Shown: positions 31,113-40,292, counted from the first letter of the stretch. The stretch: 52,096 nucleotides of DNA from an uncultured Pseudomonadota bacterium (GCA_964597275.1 CAZQXS010000005.1:5441-57536); one strand, 5' to 3'. The notes: a model not told the origin generated them from the letters alone. Made by a program: numbers and translations.

Positions 31113-33245
31113 TCAGTCGCTGAAACTCGCGGACTCCCCGCGCTCCAGTCCAAAGTCGGGAAGCACAGGCGAGGATGCGGGCAGGATGCGGGTGGGCGTG
31201 ATGAAAACCATGACGTGGTCAAAGCGGCGTTCGTTGGAGCCGGAGCGGAACAGCCAGCCCAGCAGTGGCAAATCCTTGAAGAACGGGATTCCGGATTCAG
31301 AGGTTCCTGCACGGTCCTTGATGAGTCCTCCCAGCAGGAAGGGCTGGCCGTTGCTCACCTCCACGCTTCCTAGCGTCCGTTGCACGTTGATTTGCGGAAT
31401 GCCGTCCACGGTGTTCGTGAGAATCGGAGTGCTTGTTTCAGCATAGACATTGAGCCAGATGCGATCACGGCTGCGATTGTCGTCCCCATCCGCAATCAGC
31501 CGGGGCGTCACCCTCAGCGTAACCCCCGTCCTCAGTTCCTGCAAGCCCTTGTCGGCAAGCTTGACGTTGATCACGGAGCCGCTGTTCATTTCGGCCTCCA
31601 AGTCGTTTCCGGTCACCACCAGCGGACGCGAGAGGACTCGGCCCTTGCCCTCCTGCTGCATGAGCCGCAAAACGGTGTCCACACGATAGCCTCGGCTGGT
31701 TTCGGCCCCGCCCAGCACTCCCGCCGCCGAAAAGGCTCCGGGCGCATCCACGTTTGGGGTGCCACTGGCAGGCGCCCCTCGTGCGCTGAACTCCACGCCC
31801 AGCTTCCGCGAAAACTCCTCGCTGGTCTCGAAGATGTGCGCCTCGATGCGAATCAGCGGTCTGGGCCGATCCCAGATTTCCAGCAACTCCTGCAACGAGC
31901 GCAGGGCTTCGGCGGATCCGATCAGCACCAGCGCATTTCCGGGACGGTCTGGAATCAGCGTGGGGCGTTCCTTGGAAGAACCTTCCGGGAACTGTTTTTT
32001 CAGCAATTCGTGCAAGCGCGTGTCGGCCCCCTTGAGCGTGACGGTTTCGCCGTTGCTGCGAACCTTGCGGTCGCCGATGTGCAGGTGGCGCAGGGGGATT
32101 CGCAACACCTGCCGCTTGGCCGTTTGGGCTTCCGGAGTTTGGGTGGTAACGGATGGCGCCGGGGGAGTTTCGTCCAGCCACGGCTCCAGTTCCAGCAGGA
32201 CTTCGGCAACGGCAGTCATGGCTTTAGGCTCTCCGGAAAGCGCAACGATCAGCCTGCCGCCCTCTGTGGCCTCCGCCCCCCACGACACCCGAACCCGCCC
32301 CGCCAAAGCCGCTCCCTCGCCCACGAGCGGAGCCAAGCGCGATTCCAGCAATTCGGGACTCACGGATTCCAGCACCAAGGTGCGCACGGCTTCCGGGGGA
32401 GCGTTCGTGACTGGTGCGTCCGCAGATTTTTGCGTTACCGCAACCTGCGGCACCACGTCAAGCTGCCGCACCAATTCCTCGGCAACGCCGACCCACGGCT
32501 CCGGGCCTTTCAGCACGATCAGCCGCTCTGCTGGATTCACGAACTCGACCTGCTGCAATTCCAGTAGGGATTCGGTGATCCGGGACCACTCGGCAGCAAC
32601 CGTTTCGCCACGTTGGTGCTTGAGCCGCAACGTGCGAATCGCCATTTCAGGAGACTGCACCCAGCGCATGCGATGGATTCCGGGAAAGTATTCCAGAAAC
32701 GCTGAATGCTCCCGCGCCAGTTGCGTCAGCGCCTCCGCAACGGATTCGTGGGCAAGGCTGCGATGAAGTTTGCGAGCGCCCAAAGCTTCCGGGGCGTACT
32801 CGATGGGCAGTTCGCCGAGTTCCGAAAGCTCGTCGAGAATGGCAGACAACGGAACCGGAGAAGCAAGGGGCCGCTGGACAGGCTGGTGTTGCCAAACGAA
32901 CTTGCGGGGCAGGATGAGCGTTTGCTCGGCTTGGTTGACCACAGAAAGCCCGTGCTGGCTCAACAAATAGCTCAGCACCGATTCCGGCCCTCCGCCTTCC
33001 ACAAACCCCACCTGCAACGGTCCCTGCACCTCTGGATGCAGAACAATACGCTGCGGGTGCTCGGCGTGGGTTTGGAGCAGTTTTTCCAGTGCGGCCCGGA
33101 GGTCCGGCACCTGCTCGCGGCGGAGCGTGATCCGCTTGGTTTCAAGAGATCGCCACTGGACCTTTCCCTTGGCGCAGAGCGCCTCCGGACTGCCAGCCAG
33201 TCCCAACCCCACCCCCAAAATTCCTGCCACTATCCATGAACGCAT
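31113..33245 (-). CDS. Outer-membrane secretin (type II/III secretion family; SctC-like features)
   Basis: Signal-peptide-like N-terminus; N3 domain ending DRPGNALVLIG...WDRPRPLIRIEAHIFE; GVTLRVTPR; secretin signature LLGGL...GIPFFKDLPLLGWLFR...VFITPTRI. Confidence 0.88.
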   Translation of the reverse strand: MRSWIVAGILGVGLGLAGSPEALCAKGKVQWRSLETKRITLRREQVPDLRAALEKLLQTHAEHPQRIVLHPEVQGPLQVGFVEGGGPESVLSYLLSQHGLSVVNQAEQTLILPRKFVWQHQPVQRPLASPVPLSAILDELSELGELPIEYAPEALGARKLHRSLAHESVAEALTQLAREHSAFLEYFPGIHRMRWVQSPEMAIRTLRLKHQRGETVAAEWSRITESLLELQQVEFVNPAERLIVLKGPEPWVGVAEELVRQLDVVPQVAVTQKSADAPVTNAPPEAVRTLVLESVSPELLESRLAPLVGEGAALAGRVRVSWGAEATEGGRLIVALSGEPKAMTAVAEVLLELEPWLDETPPAPSVTTQTPEAQTAKRQVLRIPLRHLHIGDRKVRSNGETVTLKGADTRLHELLKKQFPEGSSKERPTLIPDRPGNALVLIGSAEALRSLQELLEIWDRPRPLIRIEAHIFETSEEFSRKLGVEFSARGAPASGTPNVDAPGAFSAAGVLGGAETSRGYRVDTVLRLMQQEGKGRVLSRPLVVTGNDLEAEMNSGSVINVKLADKGLQELRTGVTLRVTPRLIADGDDNRSRDRIWLNVYAETSTPILTNTVDGIPQINVQRTLGSVEVSNGQPFLLGGLIKDRAGTSESGIPFFKDLPLLGWLFRSGSNERRFDHVMVFITPTRILPASSPVLPDFGLERGESASFSD

Positions 33246-33405
33246 TCCGGCCCGTCCCTGTTGTCAGATGTGAAATACTTACCGCAGTTTGGGCATGAAT
33301 CGCAAGCCTCTTGTGTCAAATAGCTTGAATCGGGTTGTCACTTCCACCACCCTTTGATAGAGAATGCCTGTTGCACTTGAATTTGACCTCCAGAAAGGAT
33401 TCGCC

Positions 33406-35457
33406 ATGCAAGCCTTCCTCAAACGTCCCGACACCTGGTTCGTTATCCTCATCTTCCTGCTCATGATTCCGGCAGAGCGGCTTGAGCTGTTCTCGGCGTC
33501 GGAGAACCAGCTTCATGGCCTGCGCCACCTCGTGCGCTGGTCCGTGCTGCCTCCCAGCGAAACGGGATTCCCGATTAACGAAATCATCATCGTGGACACG
33601 GACGAAGAGTTTTTTGAGGAATACGGCGGCTGGCCCCTGCGTCGCTCCGACATCGGGCAGATCGCCTCCAACCTCAAGGAGTTGGGGGCCAAGGTCATCG
33701 CCCTCGACATGCTGATTGACTTCCCCAACAGCTACGGGGACGACCCCATCTTGGCCGAGCATCTGGAAAACGCCGGAAACACAATGGCGGCGGCGCAGAT
33801 TCAGTTCAAGAACGGGAAGTTTGAGGGAATCAACCACCCCACCGAAGTGATCAAGGACAAGACCGAGAGCGGCTACACGAACCACACCAACACGGGCAGC
33901 ATGCTCTCGCGGTTGCGCTTCTATCCCACCATCCACGAGCAGCATCAGCTCTGGCCGTTTGCCGTCAAGGCTCTGGCAATGGCTGAGGGGGTGGAGCCGA
34001 GGCTCGAAGGACGCGAGTTGGTCGTGGGAGAGTACCGGGTGCCGTTGGACCACTTCAACGACCTCTGGGTGGACTACCCGCTGCTGCCTGCCGGGATTCC
34101 CTTCCTCACCAAATACGCCGGACTCTCTGCAATCGAGGTGCTGGACTTGGAGGATTTGGACGAGGACGAGATTGAGGAGTTGCAGGATATGATTGCGGAT
34201 AGGATCGTGCTGGTGGGCGACACCACGGAGGTTTCGCACGACATCTTTGAAACCCCGGTGGGCGAAATCTACGGGGTCGAGTTCCTGGCGAACACGATCA
34301 ACACGATCATGAGTGGTGCGCCGATTCAGCCTGCGGACTCCTCATGGGAGGTGGCAATCCTCGTCCTTCTGATGCTTTTGGTGTTGGGGTTGAGCCAACT
34401 GCCCAAGTGGGAGGCACTGGCCTTTCTTGCGGTGCTGCTGGCCTACCTTGCGTTCGGGGTCTATGCCTACGCCTACTACGGAATCGCCTTCTCCATGAGC
34501 TATGTGCTGCTTGCGCTGATCCTCAGCTTCGTCGCCATCAACCTCCACAAGTTCATGCTGGAGCGCAAGCAGAAGTCCTACATCAAGGGCGCGTTCTCGC
34601 AATACCTCTCCCCGGCGGTGATTGACGCAATCGTCGAGGATCCCAGCAAGCTCTCGCTCGGCGGCGAGCGCCGTGAGATGACCGCTTATTTCTCGGACAT
34701 CCAGAAGTTCTCCACGATTTCGGAAAGCCTGACTCCGGATGAACTGGTGAATCTGCTCAACATCTACCTCACGGAGATGTGCGACATCATCTCCGGCTAC
34801 AACGGGACGGTGGACAAGTTCGAGGGCGATGCGATCATTGCCTTCTGGGGAGCGCCGCTGGATCAGCCCGACCATGCGAAGCTCGCGTGCTACGCGACTC
34901 TCGACATGCAGAAGCGACTGGTGGATCTGCGCAAGGAACTGCGCGAGCAGGGCCAGCCCCAGCTTTACACCCGGATGGGCATCAACAGCGGCCCCATCGT
35001 CGTGGGGAACATGGGATCGAGCCAGCGCATGGACTACACGATCATGGGCGATGCGGTCAACCTCGCGGCCCGCCTGGAGGGGGCGAACAAGTTCTACAAG
35101 ACGTACACGATGATCTCCGAGTTCACCTACGCTCAGGCCGGGGAGTTCCTTGACGCCCGCCCCACCGACATCATCCGGGTGGTTGGCCGCAAGGAGCCGG
35201 TGACAGTGTATGAGGCGCTGGACCGCAAGAACCAGCTTTCTGGAGACAAGGCGCTCGTGGTGGAGAATTATCTCCAGGGCTACGAGCTTTACCACAATCG
35301 GGATTTCACGGCGGCGGCACCCTTCTTTGAAAAGGCTCTGGATATTGACGAGGATGACGGCCCCTCCGCCGAGTACCTGAAACGCTGTGAGGCTTTCAAA
35401 TTGCAACCTCCGGACAAGGATTGGGACGGCGTTCACACGCTCACCGAAAAGGGCTGA
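33406..35457 (+). CDS. CHASE2-domain class III adenylate cyclase
   Basis: CHASE2 (IIIVDTDE, GGWP, GAKVIALD, TPVG..YGVE..AN), three TM segments, catalytic FSDI, DKFEGDA, GINSG, DYTIMGDAVNLAARLEG; TPR-like tail. Confidence 0.92.
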   Translation: MQAFLKRPDTWFVILIFLLMIPAERLELFSASENQLHGLRHLVRWSVLPPSETGFPINEIIIVDTDEEFFEEYGGWPLRRSDIGQIASNLKELGAKVIALDMLIDFPNSYGDDPILAEHLENAGNTMAAAQIQFKNGKFEGINHPTEVIKDKTESGYTNHTNTGSMLSRLRFYPTIHEQHQLWPFAVKALAMAEGVEPRLEGRELVVGEYRVPLDHFNDLWVDYPLLPAGIPFLTKYAGLSAIEVLDLEDLDEDEIEELQDMIADRIVLVGDTTEVSHDIFETPVGEIYGVEFLANTINTIMSGAPIQPADSSWEVAILVLLMLLVLGLSQLPKWEALAFLAVLLAYLAFGVYAYAYYGIAFSMSYVLLALILSFVAINLHKFMLERKQKSYIKGAFSQYLSPAVIDAIVEDPSKLSLGGERREMTAYFSDIQKFSTISESLTPDELVNLLNIYLTEMCDIISGYNGTVDKFEGDAIIAFWGAPLDQPDHAKLACYATLDMQKRLVDLRKELREQGQPQLYTRMGINSGPIVVGNMGSSQRMDYTIMGDAVNLAARLEGANKFYKTYTMISEFTYAQAGEFLDARPTDIIRVVGRKEPVTVYEALDRKNQLSGDKALVVENYLQGYELYHNRDFTAAAPFFEKALDIDEDDGPSAEYLKRCEAFKLQPPDKDWDGVHTLTEKG

Positions 35458-35506
35458 GTCCGAAGCGCAGTTCCACCGCTTTGCCAACTCTTTCGGTGTT
35501 AAAGTT

Positions 35507-37327
35507 CTGCTACGCACTCTCTTGCTTTCTGGAGCCGCTGTTGTCCTCCTGAGTGTTCCTGCTTATGGGGCGGTGAGCGGGCTGATCGTCCGGAGCAACT
35601 TGGCCCCTGTGCCCACCAAGCATCTGGGCAAGGTGCTGGAGCAACAGTTGGGCCGCAAGCACTCCATGCTGCCGCAATCCACCGCGCTGAAGTTGCGGCT
35701 TCAGTCCCGACAGGCGACCAACTCCCGTAGTTGCCTGGATGACCGTTGCCTGCTGGACCTGCTGGACCGCTTGCAGGTGGTGCGGCTGTATGATTTGGAA
35801 ATCCTGCAAACCGGACGGTTCCAGCAGCTCAAGCTCATGGAGTTCTCTCGAAGTCAGCGCCGGGAGGTCACGGACTTTTGCAAGGCATGCGGCATCCGTG
35901 AGCTGACCCGACGAGTGCAAATCCTCTCCGAGCAGTTGTTCAGTCCCGATCCGTACATCCCCGTCCACTCGGTGCTCATCATGCCCAGCCCTCCGGAGAT
36001 GAGTCGGGAGTCCTGGCTGATCCCTGCGCTCCCGGAACTCCCCATCGAGTTGCAAATCCCAGAGCTGTCGGTAGTCCCTGAAGGCGAGGGGGAAGTGGCC
36101 CTCCCGGAGGTTCCCCAGCCAGAGACCCTGGACCTTCCTCCGGAAACCTCAATTGAGGTTGAGGCGGAGGATTCCGTGGAGGACTTGCTGATTTTTACTC
36201 GAACCGCAGACTTGGTGCAGGAACCGCAGGGGGAGTTTCTCTTTCAGGCAAGTGCTTTCAGCCCGTTGCGTTCCGTCTCGGTCAACGGGAAAGCCCAGAC
36301 CATTCCAGAAGGAGCCTATGAAGCCATCTTTGCGATTCCCTACACGCTCGAACCGGGCGAGAACACCTTTGTGGTGGAGGCGACCTCGGTGTTGGGGGAA
36401 AGCACGGAGGAGTTCGTGGTGTTTCTGGAAACCGATCTCGTCAAGCGCGAAAAGCCCAAGCCGCCGTTCACGATGGTCGTGCTGGCCAGCGCAGCTTCGG
36501 ATGACAACGCCCTCAGCGCGGATTCCGATTCTGCCAAAACCACCGGAACCAAAAGCTCGCTCATCCTCGTGCCCGGCTTCAACTTCACGCTGGATCACGA
36601 CTCCCGGATTGCCGTCAAGGGCTTGCTGGTGACCGATCGCTATCAGGAAACAGAACTGCGCTCGCAGGAAATCCTCCTCAAGCAGCTCAGCACGGAGTGG
36701 GTGGAGAAGCTGTACGTCTTGCGCTCGGAAGCAACCATCGGGCTGGGATCCAACACGATCAGCCTGCGGGATGACGACCAAGCCAGCGCCTTGCGGGATG
36801 CGTGGGTGGACGATTACAAGCAGTACACGCAGGACACCTTCGGAACGCTTTCCGTGAAAACCACGGTTTCCGAGACAATCACGTGGACCACCAAGCTGGA
36901 GCATCGCCTCAAGGACAACGTGGAGGACGACACTCAGGACGGACAAGCCAACACGACCAGTGTGAGCCTCAAGTTTCCAGCATGGGGCGGACAAAACACC
37001 ACCACCCTCGGAGGGGTGGTCACAGACCTTGCGGATGCAACCGAGGACAAAACCGAAACCAAGGGCAGCTACAAGTATGCCGCTCCAATTTTCGGACTGT
37101 CGGGAACAGCGCAGGTGGATTTGGTGAATGCCGCGTATGCCTCCGCAGATTCCACCGGAGTCGTTCCCAAGAAGGTTCAGCAAACCTACACCTTGGGAGT
37201 GAGCTACCCCGTTGCAAGCTGGTTCATTCTCGGCTACAGCCTGAAGCACCAGCGGCAGTCCAGCAACTTGGTCGGCGACGACTATGTGAAGAACACCCAC
37301 ACCCTGCAAACCACCTTCGTGTTCTGA
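35507..37327 (+). CDS. Exported protein with a Cys-containing N-domain, Pro/Glu linker, Ig-like domain and C-terminal outer-membrane beta-barrel
   Basis: Signal-like LRTLLLSGAAVVLLSVPAYG; SVSVNG...LEPGENTFVVEA Ig-like motif; alternating beta-strand pattern ending in terminal Phe; no ATG near the start, so the start (CTG 35507 or TTG 35522) is uncertain. Confidence 0.7.
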   Translation: MLRTLLLSGAAVVLLSVPAYGAVSGLIVRSNLAPVPTKHLGKVLEQQLGRKHSMLPQSTALKLRLQSRQATNSRSCLDDRCLLDLLDRLQVVRLYDLEILQTGRFQQLKLMEFSRSQRREVTDFCKACGIRELTRRVQILSEQLFSPDPYIPVHSVLIMPSPPEMSRESWLIPALPELPIELQIPELSVVPEGEGEVALPEVPQPETLDLPPETSIEVEAEDSVEDLLIFTRTADLVQEPQGEFLFQASAFSPLRSVSVNGKAQTIPEGAYEAIFAIPYTLEPGENTFVVEATSVLGESTEEFVVFLETDLVKREKPKPPFTMVVLASAASDDNALSADSDSAKTTGTKSSLILVPGFNFTLDHDSRIAVKGLLVTDRYQETELRSQEILLKQLSTEWVEKLYVLRSEATIGLGSNTISLRDDDQASALRDAWVDDYKQYTQDTFGTLSVKTTVSETITWTTKLEHRLKDNVEDDTQDGQANTTSVSLKFPAWGGQNTTTLGGVVTDLADATEDKTETKGSYKYAAPIFGLSGTAQVDLVNAAYASADSTGVVPKKVQQTYTLGVSYPVASWFILGYSLKHQRQSSNLVGDDYVKNTHTLQTTFVF

Positions 37328-37437
37328 TTCCAAAAGGCCCGGAGCTTGATCCGTTCCGGTGCGGCTTGTTCTGCGCCAACGTTCGCACTATCATTGAAAG
37401 AATACACAACAAAGCACTGGCTTCGTCGAAACCGTCC

Positions 37438-38553
37438 ATGAACCGCTTGCTCCACTCCAATCCAGCCTTCGGGCAGCAGAGCCTCAAACGGCTGGGTCTG
37501 GCGATCTTCCTGATGGTGCTGGGAGCGACCTTGGCTCATGCACAGGAGGGCGTGTTGCGCATCGAGCGCGGCTTCGCCAAGATCACTCGCGGAGCGCAGG
37601 TTCGGATTCTGCGGGACATCGGAAAGCCCATTGCCCTCTCACTGGAAGACCGTGTGCAAGTCGGCACAAACTCAAAGGCCACGGTGTGGATCCGGGAGGG
37701 CGAAGAGACGGTGCAGTTGGCTCCGAGGTCGTACTTTTCGCTCGACAGCGTCAGTGCCGAGGAAACCACGATTTCCATGCCCACGGGCAAGGCGCAATTC
37801 AAAGTCACCCGGAGGCTGGGCAAGCTCGGCGGAAAAAAACTCGGAGGCAAGCTCGGAGGCAAGCAGTTCGGCAGCAAGGCAAAATTCCAGGTCCGGACGG
37901 TCACGGCGATTGTCGCTGTGCGCGGGACCGAGTTCGTGCTTGGCTCCGAAAGCGGACAGACCAGCCTGCTGACGCTTGCTGGCGAGGTGGCAATGGCCTC
38001 TGCCGAGGCGCCAGAGATCGAGGTCACGGTGCCGGAGAACCAAGCCTCCACAGTGCAGCGCGGACTGGCACCCACCGCACCCGTGTCCGTGCCTCCAGAA
38101 GTGCAGAAGGAAATCACGCAATCCGACAGCGCCAACTCCTTCAAGGTGGTGGCCTTCCCGCCTGCCGTGCCCATCGAACAGGCGCGTCAGCAAAAGAAGC
38201 GCGAGGAAGCCAAAAAGAAGGAGGAGGCGAAAAAGAAAGAAGAGAAGAAGAAAGCGGACAAGAAATCGGAGAAGAAGGACTCCAAGCAGAAGGCTGCGAG
38301 CAAGAAGGACTCCGGAAAACAATCTGCACAAAAGCAGGATGCCAAAAAGCCCGCAAGCGGTGGCACTCCTGGGGCATCCGAGGAAAAGCGCCCTGCTCCG
38401 ACTCAGCCTCCTGCTCCCGTGCCGAAAAACCTCCCCAGGCTCGACAACCTCCCCCAGCTTCCAGAGGGCTTGGACCAAGTGCTGGAGAACATCCAGCAGG
38501 AAACCAACCGCACGCGGAAAAAAGTCATTCGGCTGAAGCTGAATCGGAAGTAG
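37438..38553 (+). CDS. FecR-domain exported protein with a Lys/Glu- and Pro-rich tail
   Basis: Signal peptide (..ATLAHA|QE), D.VQVG..SKA, FQVRTVTAIVAVRGTEF, GEV. Confidence 0.85.
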   Translation: MNRLLHSNPAFGQQSLKRLGLAIFLMVLGATLAHAQEGVLRIERGFAKITRGAQVRILRDIGKPIALSLEDRVQVGTNSKATVWIREGEETVQLAPRSYFSLDSVSAEETTISMPTGKAQFKVTRRLGKLGGKKLGGKLGGKQFGSKAKFQVRTVTAIVAVRGTEFVLGSESGQTSLLTLAGEVAMASAEAPEIEVTVPENQASTVQRGLAPTAPVSVPPEVQKEITQSDSANSFKVVAFPPAVPIEQARQQKKREEAKKKEEAKKKEEKKKADKKSEKKDSKQKAASKKDSGKQSAQKQDAKKPASGGTPGASEEKRPAPTQPPAPVPKNLPRLDNLPQLPEGLDQVLENIQQETNRTRKKVIRLKLNRK

Positions 38554-38555
38554 TC

Positions 38556-39299
38556 ATGGCCAAGCGTTGTCGGCTCGATGTGCTGCTGGTGGAGCGAGGA
38601 CTCGCCGAAACCCGGGAAAAGGCGCGAGCCTTGGTGCTGGCCGGAGCCGTGCGCGTCAATGGCGAAGTTTCGGGAAAGCCCGGAACTGCGGTCTTGGCGA
38701 CGGCTGTGTTGGAAGTTGTCGGGCAGGATCATCCCTACGCCAGCCGGGGCGGCCTCAAGCTGGAAAAGGCGCTCCACGCCTTTCAGATCAACCCGCAGGG
38801 CTGGACCGCACTTGATGTCGGCGCATCCACCGGAGGCTTCACCGATTGTCTGCTTCAACATGGTGCGGCCAAGGTTTATGCCGTGGATGTGGGCTACGGG
38901 CAGTTGGCGTGGAAGTTGCGGCAAGAGGACCGTGTGGTTGTGCTGGAACGCACCAACTTCCGAAACCTTGCTTACGAAACCATCGGCGAAACCGTGGGCC
39001 TTGTGGTCATTGACGCCTCGTTCATTTCCCTGAAGCTGCTCCTGCCCAAGGTCCGGGAATTCCTGACTCCGGAAGGGCAGGTGCTTGCGCTCGTGAAACC
39101 GCAGTTCGAGGCGGGCCGAGCGGAGGTGGGGAAGCGTGGGCGTGTGGCAGAAGGCGAAGTGCATGAGCGTGTGCTGGACGAACTCGGCACCGCCGCCCAA
39201 GCCTTGGGGTTCCGGGTGCTTGGCCAGTGCGATTCTCCGATTCTTGGAAAAAAAAGCGGCAACCGGGAATTTTTCCTGCACCTTAGCTTAGGGGTTTAG
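38556..39299 (+). CDS. tlyA: TlyA family rRNA (cytidine-2'-O)-methyltransferase
   Basis: S4 domain RLDVLLVERGL, SRGGLKL, LDVGASTGGFTD, DVGYGQL, SFISL, KPQFE, GN.EF. Confidence 0.95.
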   Translation: MAKRCRLDVLLVERGLAETREKARALVLAGAVRVNGEVSGKPGTAVLATAVLEVVGQDHPYASRGGLKLEKALHAFQINPQGWTALDVGASTGGFTDCLLQHGAAKVYAVDVGYGQLAWKLRQEDRVVVLERTNFRNLAYETIGETVGLVVIDASFISLKLLLPKVREFLTPEGQVLALVKPQFEAGRAEVGKRGRVAEGEVHERVLDELGTAAQALGFRVLGQCDSPILGKKSGNREFFLHLSLGV

Positions 39300-39336
39300 G
39301 CTGTAGGGGTTTAGGCTGTTAGGAGTTTAGGCGTAG
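39283..39336 (+). repeat. Solo copy of the GTTTAGG/CTGTAGG heptamer array
   Basis: ttagc ttagg g gtttagg ctgtagg g gtttagg ctgttagg a gtttagg cgtag; 39289-39319 is the exact reverse complement of 5359-5389. Confidence 0.92.
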
Positions 39337-39358
39337 TGATTTCGGTGGGAGCGAGCAG

Positions 39359-40213
39359 ATGAGCGACTTGAGGGTTGGCACGGGGTATCCGGGGGGCCGC
39401 GAGGAACTGCGCCGAGTTCCGCTGGAGCACATCTTCCCAAACCCGCAGCAGCCCCGGCAGCGTTTTTCGGAAGAGGCGTTGCAGCGTCTGGCACAGTCCA
39501 TCCGCACCCAGGGCGTTTTGCAGCCGCTGGTGGTGCGTTCCTCCGGATCAGGAGGCTACGAGCTGATCGCGGGAGAGCGACGCTGGCGGGCACTCAAGCT
39601 GCTGGAGGCCAAGGACGCGCCCGTGCTGATCCGGGACATTCCGGACGAGGCGGTACTGGAAGTCGCGCTGCTGGAGAACATCCAGCGCGAAAACCTCACG
39701 CCCATCGAGGAAGCCCGCAGTTACCGGCTGCTCGTGGAGCAGCACGGCTACACGCAGGAAGCGCTGGCCCGGAGACTCGGAAAGGACCGCTCCACGATTG
39801 CCAACCTGATGCGGCTGCTGGCGCTCTCCACGCCCGTGCAAAACGATCTGGAATCCGGGCGGCTCACCATTGGGCACGCCCGCGCTCTGCTTCCCCTTCC
39901 TGATGAAGCCGCCCAACTGCACCTGCGGGAGCGGCTGCTGCGGCACGGCTGGAACGTGCGGGAGACCGAGAAGCAGGTGCGGGCATGGCTAGCACGGCTC
40001 CCCCAAACTCCCCAGCCCAAGGGCCAAAACCCAAAAAACACCACGCCCTCGTCCCGCTTGCGCCCGGAAATCAAGGCACTCGAAGACGAACTGGCGCGGA
40101 TGCTCGGAACACGGGTGGCCCTCACCTATCAGAAGGGGCGCGGCTCGGTGCGCATTGACTACCACTCGCTGGATGAGTTCGAGCGGCTTTATGAACGACT
40201 GATCGGCTCCTGA
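39359..40213 (+). CDS. parB: ParB/Spo0J family protein
   Basis: NPQQPR..F, G.LQPL.VR, IAGERRWRA, ENIQRENL, HTH GKDRSTIAN..RLL, GHARALL; no parA adjacent. Confidence 0.88.
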   Translation: MSDLRVGTGYPGGREELRRVPLEHIFPNPQQPRQRFSEEALQRLAQSIRTQGVLQPLVVRSSGSGGYELIAGERRWRALKLLEAKDAPVLIRDIPDEAVLEVALLENIQRENLTPIEEARSYRLLVEQHGYTQEALARRLGKDRSTIANLMRLLALSTPVQNDLESGRLTIGHARALLPLPDEAAQLHLRERLLRHGWNVRETEKQVRAWLARLPQTPQPKGQNPKNTTPSSRLRPEIKALEDELARMLGTRVALTYQKGRGSVRIDYHSLDEFERLYERLIGS

Positions 40214-40263
40214 AGCTGGCATGGATTGTGCGGCTTGGTTGTGTTGCAGAATCACCTCCAGCA

Positions 40264-40292
40264 TTGGCAGCAAGAGGACGGACTGCTATAAT
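40264..40292 (+). promoter_or_regulatory. Sigma70-type promoter upstream of ftsW
   Basis: TTGGCA-17 nt-TATAAT with an extended -10 TG, about 30 nt before the ATG. Confidence 0.7.

Noticed and set aside
33269-33284. CRP-like site between the secretin and the cyclase
   Set aside because: A TGTGA half-site is present, but the second half does not match TCACA at 6-nt spacing.
39248-39255. A8 run near the tlyA 3' end as a phase-variation tract
   Set aside because: The run is short and the frame is intact through the conserved GN.EF motif.
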